From Leptogorgia sarmentosa (taxonomy: Eukaryota), in NCBI GenBank assembly GCA_964658305.1, contig OZ210884.1, positions 620,001-684,000 of the forward strand: a stretch of 64,000 bases of DNA. The letters are read 5' to 3'. Positions 48,901-60,730 of this stretch are shown here, piece after piece. The translations under genes were made by a program, and so were the position numbers. The notes beneath the pieces were generated by a model. It did not search any database and had not been told where the DNA came from. It saw only the letters and a list, made by a program, of their open reading frames with translations. Position 1 is the first letter of the stretch, and each line of letters opens with the position of its first letter.

Positions 48901-51900
48901 TCTGAAACTTTGAAAACACGCGTGAAATTAATCCTTAATTTTACTCGGCCCCATGCGATTACCTATACAAATAAAGAAAATTTATAAAAATTAACTAATT
49001 ACTCAAGGATGGGTAGATAGAAGGTAATGTTGGGTGACATTACCTGACATTGAGCGATGACGTGCGTGGCCTGATATAGCTAGAAAACTGCGGCATAACA
49101 TACCTTGCAACATGCACACTGCTTGCACCTCTTCAAAGGATCGTCTTTACAATGGTCGCAGTTTGGCTTGTTCTGACCTTAAAGGTTAAAAAGGATAAAT
49201 TTGAAATGAGAAGTGTAAAAATCTAATGGTCATATTTTACCAAAACCTCCCAAGAATCTTTGTTAAAACAAAATTAACCATTTCCGAGTCGAGCAGAGGA
49301 CTGGCTTTAGTCGCTTGTAGTTTAAAGGGAAAAAATAAACAATAATTATGCTGAATATGGCATCTAGGAAGTTTTCCTGCAGTTTTCTAACTTCCTAAAG
49401 ATGCAACAATGATAATAAAGACGTCTTTTAATATATGTTTAGACCCAGTCCTTTTCTCGATTGGGAAATGGCTAGTTGTACGTATAAGTCATAATTATGG
49501 TAAATGCAGATTCAGATGTGTAGATATTGACAGACGTTCTCCAAGAGAATAACCGTACGTTTTATGATCGAGGCTCCATCTTCAGAACATTGGATTCCAT
49601 CTAAAGAAATGCAATACTTTTTTGTCAACTCAAAAAATACTAACTGTAATGCTGACTGTACCTTTAGAATTCTGAAAAACTCAATCAGATAGCAGATACC
49701 ACTTATAGATGCATGATATATTATATAACTGGGTGATGTTATTTTTCCTGATGATAGTATCGCCTCCGGGAATCCTTAGTGCTTTTTTGCATCATTTTGC
49801 CTTACCATCAACACTTGGTACTTGAAATATTTCATCAGTGAATAAGAGTTGACATTCTTGTGATATTGCTTTACCATTTTCTTCGCTGCAACGTGAAATT
49901 TATAAGAAAATAACAATGGATTCGGAATCAAAATAAGAGGCACACCCTATACATTTTCATTAGATGCACCCCAGTATACTATAGCTCTATATATTTTCCT
50001 AAGCTTTACCACAAATTGGTCCCTTTGCAACCCAGCAAAAACTTCGCTCAAAGAACTGTTTAAACTGCAGAAAATACTCTTCAAACGTTTGACTGACAAG
50101 TTAGCGAATACAAAATAACTTCTTGCACTCCCTTCTCTATAGTTTCCTTGATTTATGAACTGTACTGTATATACAGTCTCTTCGATTGATTACATAATGT
50201 GCATGTGTGTGCACTGGTTTTCTTTTCACAATTTCTACTACATTCGTTGATTTGACTAGATAACCGGATGTTTATCGCGACTGCAATTTTCAATCTTTTG
50301 CCTTATATAGATTATATATAGATTATATAGAGAAAATATAGAGATTTTTGGGACAAAAAATCACATGTGTTGTGACAGTTTAACAATTATTGTAAATGTA
50401 GCGCATCATATGCGCATGTGCACATCTGTTCATTTCAGGATGCCTCACGGGCTTGGGGATTATATCCTTCAAGTTTTTCACTATAGTGATATAGCACTTC
50501 AAGTCAATTTTAGTTTATAAATAAAATTTCGATTTTGCTTTTTGAACTTGGTTGGTGATTGTAAGATTCGCATGAGAATTGCTCATTTCAATGAGAATTG
50601 TGTAAAAACATTTGCCGTTCCTTCAGCGTGTCTCTCTAGGTGCCATATCTATACGGACGTAGGCGATCATGTTCTGCCACAATTGTCTGCTTCTCGCTTT
50701 CATGATAGGCACGTTAAAGATTGGCGTTTACGGCATACGACTAACTGCAAACGGCAAACTTCAAATCGTATATTGTGATCAACTGTTCGTTGTCCGAAGT
50801 TGGGGTGATTTGTAAATGAAAACGTAAGCGTGAATAATCTACTTTACTACCGAAAACGTTTGAACTTTAAAATACGATTTGATACAGTTTGCCGCTTGTG
50901 GTTAGCGGTTTCCTGTAAACGTCAATGTTAAGGTCTTTAAGATTAGCAAAACATGGGAAAGATAAAATTACGTACCTTAGTAAAAGTTTAGCAAATAACT
51001 TTTTACTCCCTCGTGTTGAAGACTCGCTCTGATAAAATGAAAATAAAGATCATTATTTAATTGCATATTAAGCTAATTTCGCATACACATATACAGCTAT
51101 GCATTTCTAGTCTTTCCTAAATTGCTTCCCAGTTGCACGTTTTTCACACGTGCATATGCTGTATAGGTGTAGGTATTTATCGTCCGCGTGCATAAGAAAG
51201 CGGCTTCAGTTGTTCCTTTTTTTTCAATGGTGCAATGTTTGTGACTTCAAAAGGTAACAATTTAATCGTGGATGCAACTCACCATGCGCGTTATCCTGAC
51301 ATCATACCAGTAACCTCTTTCTTTCGGTTCATCTGGGTTGTAATTAGCCATTACCATCTGACCCACGGACAACTGAAATCACAAAAAATCAGCGGTTGTA
51401 TCCGATGAGTCACAACCGGATCAAGAAATAGAGACTTTTAGTGTATTCACTGTATTGAAATATGCAAAAGTTGTTTTTCTTAGCGTTGAAAGGCCTAGTT
51501 TGTTTCGGCGCCTGCGATTTTTTTTGCCTATTAAGGCCCACAGACCGGACGCGATTCGGTAACGCGACGCCATTTTTCAGTTTTCAGAAGCAAACATAAT
51601 TGCCCCTGATGCAATATTTTCCAAAATTTCATAGCGGCAAAACATCTTGACTCACCAGGTTCACATAGCTTCCAAAATTTACTTTCTGGGACACTTTTAT
51701 GCACTTTCAAAAGCTGGAAAATCGCTTCCCGTCTGTGGGGGCCTTCAGACGGGTAAAATCCTGGAAGCCACGAGTTTTTCGCATGTACATACCATGGAAA
51801 AATCATAGCACAGTGCATTGAACCCGAAATAAACCATCACTTTCTTCAATTCGCAATTCTTTCTGTATCGTGAAATTATTCATTTTGGCTCAAATACAAA

Positions 51901-54900
51901 CCCTTGACTCGATTTCCCGCTTTTTAGAACTCTTCCCAGTTGGCCAGTTCATCTTGATGTTTACTTCGCCTGCGCGACTCCCGCCTTTATGTTAATTAGC
52001 TTAATTAGCATGAGCCAATCACAGGGCTGACCATTGAATTTATCGTTCAAGGTCGTTTATTTTACTGATTGAACGATAACTTGTCATCCAGCCATAATAA
52101 AGCACATCAACGGTTTGAGGAATTTGCTGCAACTTACTTATCGCTTTAAAGCTATTTTTAAAAAAGTGTATTTCCAAGTATATTCTACAAACCTGTTTCC
52201 ATGGTAACAAAATTCGAGCTCTTGGGCGGATGCTTTCTTCACCAAGTTTGGAAACTTCATTTTCTTCGTAGCTAAAACGTGGAATTTATTCACTTATTAA
52301 ACTTGCTGTGTATTGGAACTTATAACATACAGTTACTGCCCAAAAGTCTAAATACACGTGAAAACGATATGCAACGGTTCTTCAAAATTTGATTTGTTCA
52401 GGGGTGGATTAGCCCAGCAGGCTACCGGTGGGCCCCTGTTTCCAGGGCCCCTCTTACATAGTTGAGGGGCCCCGATTGATATTCAACTATATAGATATAT
52501 ACTATCAATCTAATATGAAAGTGTCTTTAAGGTATATAAATTTAAATAGTGACGATCAGAATGTGATGAGAGGAAACAGGAATAGTACAAAAATGACCAA
52601 AAGTGCAATCAATTCTGCCCCACCCTCTTAGCAAAGTAATTTAAAAAAAAACTGTTCAAAAAGACGTGAAAAGAGGTCCCTTAACTGTGAAAACCCGAAC
52701 CCACACACGACGCTAATCCGCCCATGGTTTTGTTGCTCATGAAATTATCTCAATACACATCGTTTTCCATAAATGTGTATTGACTCTGTTGCTACTGAGA
52801 AGTTATGGTAATATTATCTCAAAAAAATAGTAAAGAGGAGGGTCTATTTTTGTCATTGAGTAGGACGGTATTTAGACTTTTGAGCAGTAACTTTAATACT
52901 CCTAGTTCTTAAATAAGTTGCAACATACCCATCAAAGATAATGTGATAAAGTACAGTTGCTTCTTTAGCACTATTGTCCATCGACATGCCAACAATCTTT
53001 GCCTCGAACCAAGCACCCATGTCACAGTCCTTGGCGTCCACAATGTCACCAACCTGGTGGGCAAGATGGAATATTTGTAAAATGTGTAACATACAGGGCT
53101 GCCCCCAACGACTCTAATTTTGATTAGTCAATGACAAAAACAATACTCATCAAACAACATTCCCTCTTAACGATCTCCATAGAGAGGTGAAGATCGACCT
53201 CTGCTACTGCTACCATTAACGAAACATGAAGCAGACGGTCTATATGCGATAAAGATAAAGCTTTATGTACGCCACCGTAGGGCAGGCGAGTCTTGAAATT
53301 CGCCCGTTTCTGTTTTTTTGGAATGACAAAAGTGGTCGCTGTTCAATGGTGGTACGGCTGGTATTGACGTGAAGTTCCACCCAAATTGTGCAGTTCTAGA
53401 TCTAAATCAATTTTTGGAACTTTGGAAAAGGATTTGTGCGTTGAACAGCACGCTACCCTTGACTAGAACACTACTAAATGAATGGCTGGCTGTTACGGAA
53501 TGGTACATTCATTTTGTACCATGTTAATACCATTGCCTTTCCAGGCAAAATTTTGTACAATTGTCTTATTGTGTCTGCAATTTCTGCTTATAATATAATT
53601 TTATATTTCTATTTCTATAGGACTGCATGGCGCTTTCTTTGCCCAGTTTACTTTAACAAAATTATTGACTACGCCGACATTTCAAACTTTCATTATTACT
53701 GTACTGCTGTTTAACCAAGGCCACGCTCGCATCAATATTGAGGAGTAAACTTAAGAAAATGGATCATCGGCACAAATTGGAAATATTTCGCACATAGCCT
53801 TCTATTGTACTTCTTGTGAACAACTCCTACTAATTTTATATTGTTGTCAGACGCCATATCTTGACCTTTATATCTGATAAAGCACTCCTGCATGCATAAA
53901 TAGTACATATAGAAAGAGTTCTAATCATAATTACCTACATTATATGGTCCACACACTCCGGCTACAACATCAATTACATGACTAAGCTGTCTTCTTACCT
54001 TGTACAATCCTTTTACATCGTCAACAGTATCATCCTCACAGTTACTTTCACTCTGGGAGTAAAAAGATGATATTTAATTGTATAGTTTTATCGGATAATA
54101 TCCAAATGGAAGGAGTGCGAACGCGACTCAAGGTTCCATGCGAGGCATTCCTCCAGCTAACATACAGTACAACAATACAATATGTAGAAAAAAAGGTAGC
54201 ATTTTATGGTCCTAGGTAAACATTTACTATCAGCTCTAAGATCTAAAATGATTTATAGATGACCCAAACAACCAACAAAATAGAACTAGGACCATGATAT
54301 GATATGGAAAATTTTAGGCTACGCAGGGCTGAGCATTGTGCGGTTCTACGCACGGGTCAGCCGAAAGGGGCAGCAAGTTGAGGCCCTTCGTGACCTCACG
54401 ACGCTAACATTTAGTCCAGGCACATCATGCAGTTTCATTGCCTAGAACAATTTAATCCTGCTGCATGTAACACGCATGCATGCAGGGTCTTGAACATTGC
54501 GAACAGTGTTTAAGTTTGAATTTCTATATTTACAGTGAGCATAGTTCTTAAATTATAAGTGAATTAATGCTACGGACTGCTATGGATGGCTATTTTCTGA
54601 CGTATCCACCTCTTTGTTCATCCTATTTTCTAAAATTGGCCTGCCCTACGAAGTATATTCTTCCAAAATGTTCTAGCGCTCTCTAGCTACACACTGACAA
54701 TACCTCTCGAGTCACGCCAAAGAACAATCAAATTACTAAAACTGACACACTGACCTCGTCATTATTGTCCAGTGCTGAGTATTCAATACTGGTGGATGGT
54801 TGTGTCGTATCTTTCACATCGGGCACGTTTACACGGATCATCAACTGAACAATATCATTCAGACCAACGTCATAATCAAATATTGTATGGTCGTCTTCCA

Positions 54901-55618
54901 ACTGTAGGGGAATAATTGAAATACGATTGAAATACAAAAATTCAAACTGTTAGAGAACTGAGAGAGTTTTATTCGCTACAGATGGCAATGGAGAGTTTAA
55001 GCAAGGGACGTTTTTGACAACACGGACGTGACGCGTACATGAACTATCCGATGACGATGATGTAGAGAACATTCTAATCTATAGTCATATGCACATACAA
55101 CAAACAAAAAGAACATCATATTCGTTAGCACTATATATCTTGTAAACAGTTTTTGTCAATTCGTCTTTTGAGCAATAATTTTTTTTGGGATGAGCCTTCA
55201 GTCTTGATTCAGTCAATCTCGCTGCCGATTGAACACCGTACTCAGGATTAGTAAAATCTAATAAGCGTCGCGGCGCTAACGCGAGCATTAAAGCATTTGG
55301 TACAGGCCGAGGGAGACCATTATTCAGACAAGACCCATTATTCATTAGGAGGGAAGAGATTATTAGTGTGTATTGAACATACATATGACAACTGTCACGC
55401 CCACAGAGTTGGGGAGAGTCGGTAGAGAGGAACGAAAATTTGGGCGAAATATTGCATGGTCTGACCTGCTTTCCTCTGTAAAACAATCGCTGTCTGATTG
55501 GTTCGACATCAAACAACGGGACAAGCTTGTTTTTAAGTTCATCAATCTTTGTCAACTTGCTGAGGTTGTCCACCTGTGCACTTCGCTTTCCGTCCATAGT
55601 TCGTACTTGGATCCACAT
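39902..55618 (-). CDS. UHRF1: E3 ubiquitin ligase UHRF1 (UBL, tandem Tudor, PHD, SRA, RING)
   Basis: 22 coding exons (minus): 55466-55618, 54755-54901, 53999-54052, 52929-53053, 52193-52271, 51283-51372, 50976-51028, 49806-49885, 49559-49600, 49104-49177, 47807-47919, 47450-47573, 46746-46853, 45677-45781, 44256-44450, 43800-43874, 43600-43674, 42839-42901, 42066-42168, 41601-41740, 40759-40857, 39902-40048; 747 aa in frame. [87 protein letters not shown]...FPGYDKGR*. Confidence 0.96.
40141..40500. mobile_element. Rearranged fragments of the Harbinger-like MITE family seen intact at 51534-51745
   Basis: 40325-40466 is nearly identical to 51585-51726; 40232-40274 and 40148-40195 are inverted copies of family segments. 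Confidence 0.7.
41785..41912. mobile_element. Small palindromic MITE; related copy at 43014-43136
   Basis: TAATGACGTT...ACTACTACCAGAATGCTTTGC / GCAAAGCATACTGGTAGTAGT...AACGTCATTA. Confidence 0.6.
42328..42645. mobile_element. PIF/Harbinger-type MITE
   Basis: GGGCCTGTTTATAT..GATCC / GGATCATATAAACAGGCCC; TAA/TAT flanks; internal inverted TGAGGTATTGAAAT blocks. Confidence 0.75.
48440..48656. mobile_element. PIF/Harbinger-type MITE
   Basis: AGCCTGCCGTACACGAG...TGAGCTGACAGTCAC / GTGACTGTCAGCTCA...CTCGTGTGTGCGGTAGGCT; TSD TTA. Confidence 0.75.
48794..48964. mobile_element. Palindromic (hairpin) repeat element
   Basis: GTAATCGCAT...GTGTTTTCAAAGTTTCAGAAATTGC-loop(CGCTTCGCG)-GCAATTTCTGAAACTTTGAAAACAC...ATGCGATTAC. 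Confidence 0.7.
51534..51745. mobile_element. PIF/Harbinger-like MITE
   Basis: AGGCCCACAGAC / GTCTGTGGGGGCCT ends; shares sequence with 40141-40500. Confidence 0.65.
52399..52726. mobile_element. hAT-type MITE
   Basis: CAGGGGTGGATTAGC / GCTAATCCGCCCATG; TSD GATTTGTT / GTTTTGTT. Confidence 0.7.
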
Positions 55619-56771
55619 ATTGTTCTAAGTGAAAAAACATGTCTACATTAATTGAGGACCAGGGCCTTTCACCAGCCCTTTTCAATTGAATATTCATACG
55701 TACAGAGCCTCGTCACAGAATAGTAAATAACCAGAAGGGCAACTCAGCAGTGCAACATGTACGTCCTCCTATTTTCATGCAATGTACTGGCCGGAATAAT
55801 GGCGAAGCAGCCAGTTCAGCGTTTCCATTGCCCAGAACTTGAGGTGCCCTTCTATTTATCTCCTAATCTATGGCCTGGTTGTACGAAGCCCATTTAGCCT
55901 AAACGATGAATAAGTCAGTTGTTTTCAGTTTTTGATTTTCACGATATAGGCGGCTATAGGAATAAAATTATTTATTTGAAATCTACTTGGGGGAGGGGGA
56001 TGTGTTGCTGGAAGACACTTAATACACACAAAATAAACCATTATTCACGCGATTTGATTAAACATAAAATACACCTATTACGAAAGTATGGTACAATTTT
56101 TGACTAATGCTTGAGAACAGTCTGAGGTGGTTGTTATGACAGCTGGAAAAAATTATGATAATTCCCTGATAAAAAGCACAGCTGTACTATTGTACACCTC
56201 AATTGAGGTAATCAAGAATGTGATTTTTTTGGCTTCGGAATTTAGAATCCAGGAAATGGATCTGGGATGCAAGTATCTTAGAGATCTGGAATCCAGACTA
56301 TAATAGAAGGAGTCCAGAATCCACTACAAATCTGGAATCCATGGGGTGGAATCTGGAATCCAATGTTGAGAATTCGGAATACAAAGAAGTGGGTCCAGAG
56401 TAGCAGAATCCAAATACCCTCCAGATTACCTCACAAAGTGTGAACCTTTATCATGTCTATTTATGTTTTTAACTCATACTTAGCCTTGTTTTTCTTCATA
56501 TTTAGTTTCAAATGGAATGATAACATATTTGTGATCATATTTGTGTTAGCCAGTAATTAGTGATTCTTTGAAAGATCAATAGGATGAATGAGCTTTTAAA
56601 AATTAAACCAGATTAAAACAGCAAAAAGTACGATTTGTAATGGTTCACGTGTTTGTGAATATGATGGCCGGGCTATTACATGGGAGGCTTATATTTGAAT
56701 GCTGTGAGCATTAGCAATTTAATGGGCTTATATATGGGAGGCTTTTATTTAGAGGGGCTTATAGTTTGAGG

Positions 56772-57302
56772 CAAGGGTGGAAATCCATGTCAGAAAGGGG
56801 GGGGGGCACCTCTGTGGCATTGAACTATTAGTTAATTATTAATTAGTAATTAATTTACACTTAAACCTTCGATGTTGTCTTCATTATAAAGTTTATTTGA
56901 CTGTTTCTGTCTCGAAGAAAGTTAATGATGACATCTACAATCGATACTCGGTAAGGCGGTTAACAAAAACGTACAGCAAAGGAGCAATAAAAACGTATAT
57001 ATGTACTTCAATCAGCTACGATTGTAATTCTAAATTTTCATATAAAAACAATTTAAATAGGTCTGAAGTCTTTGCCTTTGAAGTTTGAATGAATTCAGAT
57101 TTAGTAATATTAAGAGTTCCGAAGTTTTGTTTGCTGCAATGTCAAAGCACTTGCATAGCAAGGCGTAAAAGGTGGGGGGGGGGGGGGGAGAGAATTGTAT
57201 ATGTGTCTCCCCTATGCCAAAAGTGGGGGGTGGGGACCTGTCTCCCCTACGCCAAAAGTGGGGGGGACCTGTCCCCCTGACCCCCCCGGATTGACGCCCT
57301 TG
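56772..57302. mobile_element. hAT-type MITE with family-A ends, in UHRF1 intron 1
   Basis: CAAGGGTGGAAATCC / GGATTGACGCCCTTG; exact 8-bp TSD GTTTGAGG (56764-71, 57303-10). Confidence 0.85.
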
Positions 57303-57656
57303 GTTTGAGGTTTATAGTACCCAAGTTAGGTAATTGATTTATAACCGCTTGATTTGATGTTTATTGTAAGTTTGAGTTTTACATATCAAAAATTTGACAG
57401 ACAGCACTTTGAGTTATTTCACAATTAAAAATTATGACCAAAAATTAACTTATTTTGTAATTTGATCATGTTGCCCCCCCTGTTCAATCAGGCCCCTAGA
57501 CAAACGCCACCTTTGCTGGTGAAACAATGCAGCCCTGTCTACATTTTCAGGATATTGTACAAGGATTATCTTAAATTTTCACCAGAATTTGATACCATAA
57601 ATAGACCAATTCATACAACACATACAACTACATCAATTTGTATTTAAAAAAATCCA

Positions 57657-57659
<3 letters not shown>

Positions 57660-57704
<45 letters not shown>

Positions 57705-57965
57705 TGTCGATCCCAATAAGGTTGTCCAGAGCAAATATATATAAATACATAAATATCGATCATGTGACTGGTAGTGCGTGCTGTAATTCTAGCCGAAGTC
57801 GTAGCAGTTTGACGTTCAAATTTTGTTGCAGTGATCTCAGCCTCACTCTGACTATTAATATTGATACCGAAATAAATGACAGATTGGAGCTATGTTTTAC
57901 TTGATCACATGATAGATATTTATGTATTCATATATATTTGCACTGGACAACCTTTTGGGGATCAA

Positions 57966-58050
<85 letters not shown>
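57660..58050. repeat. (TA)n microsatellite split by a TIR MITE (57704-57968)
   Basis: (TA)n at 57660-57703 and 57969-58050; ~65-bp inverted arms C(T/A)GT(C/T)GATCCC...GGTTGTCCAG...ATCATGTGA. Confidence 0.85.
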
Positions 58051-58053
<3 letters not shown>

Positions 58054-59034
58054 AGAGAGAGAGAGATTTATAAGAACAACATCAGTGTATTTTGTATAAT
58101 ACTGAGGCTACATTTAGTTCTTCATTGTTGTCATTATAGCCGCAAGTTCCAGAATGTAATCTTCCTCATCATGCCCTATACTTTCAAGTCACCTGAGAAA
58201 ACTCTGGGGGGGGGGGGGCTAAACATAGGCTGGGGTCTATTTCCTCTCGCTGGTTTAAAATGGGGTTGATTAAAATGGGGGCTAAATATAGAGGAAATAC
58301 AGTATCATATGCACAACAGGTTAAAATATATGTATGCACGTTGGAAATCACAACTCTTAAACTTGGATGCAACGTGTTGAAAATTTGGGCAAACACAGGG
58401 ATTATTCTAAGGAAATTTTATCACTGCACAAAAGCACAAAAAAATATAAAAATATGTGAATATAAAGTTGTGTTGGAAAAGGTCTGACTGCCCAATTCAG
58501 AACATCAAACTGTTTCCTATTTTCCTATTTAGCTTTTTGCTAAAATATGTAAAGTTATGAAACTATTGCTGTTGTATATGCTTAAAGTTATTCCCAAATT
58601 CTAATAAATGATGAATAACATATTTTATTCACTGCACAAAATGTATTTTATCACTGCACAATTCTCATTTATCATTGCACAAATTGGTTATCACTGCACC
58701 TTAGAATAATCCCTGGGCAAACAGAACACGGTCAGCGCGGACCACATCCTGCACTGCAGTGTCTGTACAGCACACTTTAAACGTAATGTCGACAACATTC
58801 GCCCATTCGAGCAATGAAATTCTAAGATCATAAAAGACCACAACAGGTTCGAAGGAGGTTTGTCAAACACAAATTTCCCAATTAAATCGATCTTTTCACA
58901 TAACAAAGTCGAAATGATGTAAGGTAAATCGACAAATTCGCAATACCAAAATGCATATTTATATAGCAATTTTAATATAAACACATACAAATGCACACAC
59001 ATTTAAACCCGGGATTTCATATGTATTAACTTAC

Positions 59035-59340
59035 CTTAGTTGTTTTAAAAACAAATCGGCCAAAAGTGCGACAAATCAAATGCAACAAAATAACCGTTGA
59101 AATGCGATAAACGTGTAAATTGCAAAAGCACTGCTAGGACCGAGCGAATTTACAGTCAGAGTGCCGTACCGTATGACTGTATGCACATGAATGTGCACAT
59201 GTGACATGTGCTTTAAAATGCGCGGTATTTGGCGGGAAAGTTGTTTTTCAGTTTCCTCGTCACGTGAAAGTGAAAGTAAGGGCGTCGCCATCACTGAGCT
59301 ATAGGCGTACAATTATTTCGCGCGAAAATTTTCGCATTTC
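59035..59340 (-). promoter_or_regulatory. Probable UHRF1 non-coding first exon and E2F-type promoter
   Basis: Donor AAG|GTAAGT at 59035/59034 and acceptor just upstream of the ATG at 55625-26; CpG-rich; E2F sites TTTCCCGCCAAA (59228-39, minus) and TTTCGCGCGAAA (59316-27); CACGTG at 59261-66. Confidence 0.65.
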
Positions 59341-59399
59341 GCCAAGAAATATCGCCCGTGGAATCAGGCCTTAATATAATAAGTCTTCTTAGCTCAGTG
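59292..59399. mobile_element. 108-bp MITE of the CACTGAGCTA family
   Basis: TIR CACTGAGCTA / TAGCTCAGTG; exact 8-bp TSD GTCGCCAT (59284-91, 59400-07). Confidence 0.88.
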
Positions 59400-59634
59400 G
59401 TCGCCATGGAGGGGACTGGGGAAGACGACTACCATCCACTTGTTTTCATAACCGACTTTGAGATAGTCTCAAGTGTAAAATCAGTTGCAAAATTAAAATT
59501 AGTATACCTGCAAAGTTTGAGGAAGAAATATAATAATGACATGATAATGGACATGCATATTTTGCTCATTTCGTATATAATATTGGCATAAGCTTTATCA
59601 ACAACCATTTCAGGAAAAATGGGTGTTCAGCCAC

Positions 59635-59815
59635 CAGGCCGGTGCTTGAACGTGAATTGGGGGGATGGGGAGGTGGGGGCATGTTAATATTTTGGCGTTC
59701 TGCCAACTGATTCCTTCTGAAATCAGTTGTTTGTGAATTAATTTCAAAAGAAATCAGGCGGCGGGACGCCAAAATATGAATATGCACCCCAATTAACGTT
59801 CTAGCGCCGGCCCTG
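59635..59815. mobile_element. hAT-type MITE
   Basis: CAGGCCGGTGCTTGAAC / GTTCTAGCGCCGGCCCTG; degenerate TSD TCAGCCAC / TCAATCAC. Confidence 0.6.
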
Positions 59816-59899
59816 TCAATCACTCTCTCCTTATAAATGCAGGGTGAGAGTCAGAAAAACTGACTTTCATATTCAACTAATAAGAGACACAGAGTCACT

Positions 59900-60730
59900 T
59901 CACTTCAGCAACACTCTCCTAATTTGGGTACGACTTCAGAAATTTCCACATGGATGAGGATTCTGGCAGGGCGAGGTCGTTTATCATTGCGAGAAACAAG
60001 GTTAGGATAAAACGCCGATACGGATGGCGGATGGAAACAGAAAAGATGGATGGCACAATTAAACAAACAACCATGGCCCGCGAGCCGAGTTCCCTGCGGC
60101 ACACCTGCTGGAACCCTTAGCCAATCAGTAATCGTAGTTGTTTACTTCACCCTCCGCCATCTGTTCCTCAGAAAGTCAATGATCCAGTTGACTACGCTGG
60201 GTTTTACTCCAAGGCTAAATAATTTGGCAACCAACAAATTATGATCAACCAGATCAAACGCCTTCCTATAATCCAGCAGGGCAGTTCTAACAGAAGAGCC
60301 AGTGCCGTCCGTAGAGTTCAGCCAGTGGTGAAACATAGATATTAAAGCATAGGTGGTTGAAGAATCTGGTATAAAACCAAATTGGCGTGTGTCAATCGAT
60401 GTTAGCAAAGTTGGTTTTAGATCTTTCTCAATCACTATGCTCTCTGCGATCTTTGACAAGGTGGAAGTAGACGAGATTTATGGAGGTCACAAGCGGTGGG
60501 TCCTTTAGGTATGGGTGGAACATCAGCAAGCTTCCAAACATCTGGAACTTTTCCGTCACGGAAGGAGGTGTTCTGGATATCAGTGATTGGAGAAGCCAAA
60601 ATTTCTGCGAAGCTCTTCAGGACCACCACCACGTGACATGCTAATCTCTCTTAATTTCCCACACACATCTAATTCGGTCACAGTTATTGGCTCGTCGTTC
60701 TCCAGAGCTACACATACATCATCATTCATC
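59900..60730 (-). pseudogene. Decayed non-LTR retrotransposon (CR1/L2-group LINE) reverse transcriptase fragment
   Basis: PDVWKLADVPPIPK, SKIAES, QFGFIPDSSTTYALI, LLDYRKAFDLVDH, WIIDFLRNR, GVPQGTRL, LFLAMINDL across three frames, with stops and frameshifts. Confidence 0.88.

Noticed and set aside
40141..51818. Two ORFs sharing [29 protein letters not shown] (40141-40452, 51531-51818) as a duplicated gene
   Set aside because: Both are chance translations of the same non-coding MITE family inside UHRF1 introns.
56230..56762. GGAATCC and GGGAGGCTTATA degenerate repeats
   Set aside because: They look like subterminal repeat remnants of common DNA transposons; no boundaries or TSD could be defined.
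57638..58269. ORFs with (YI)n repeats
   Set aside because: Translations of the (TA)n microsatellite.
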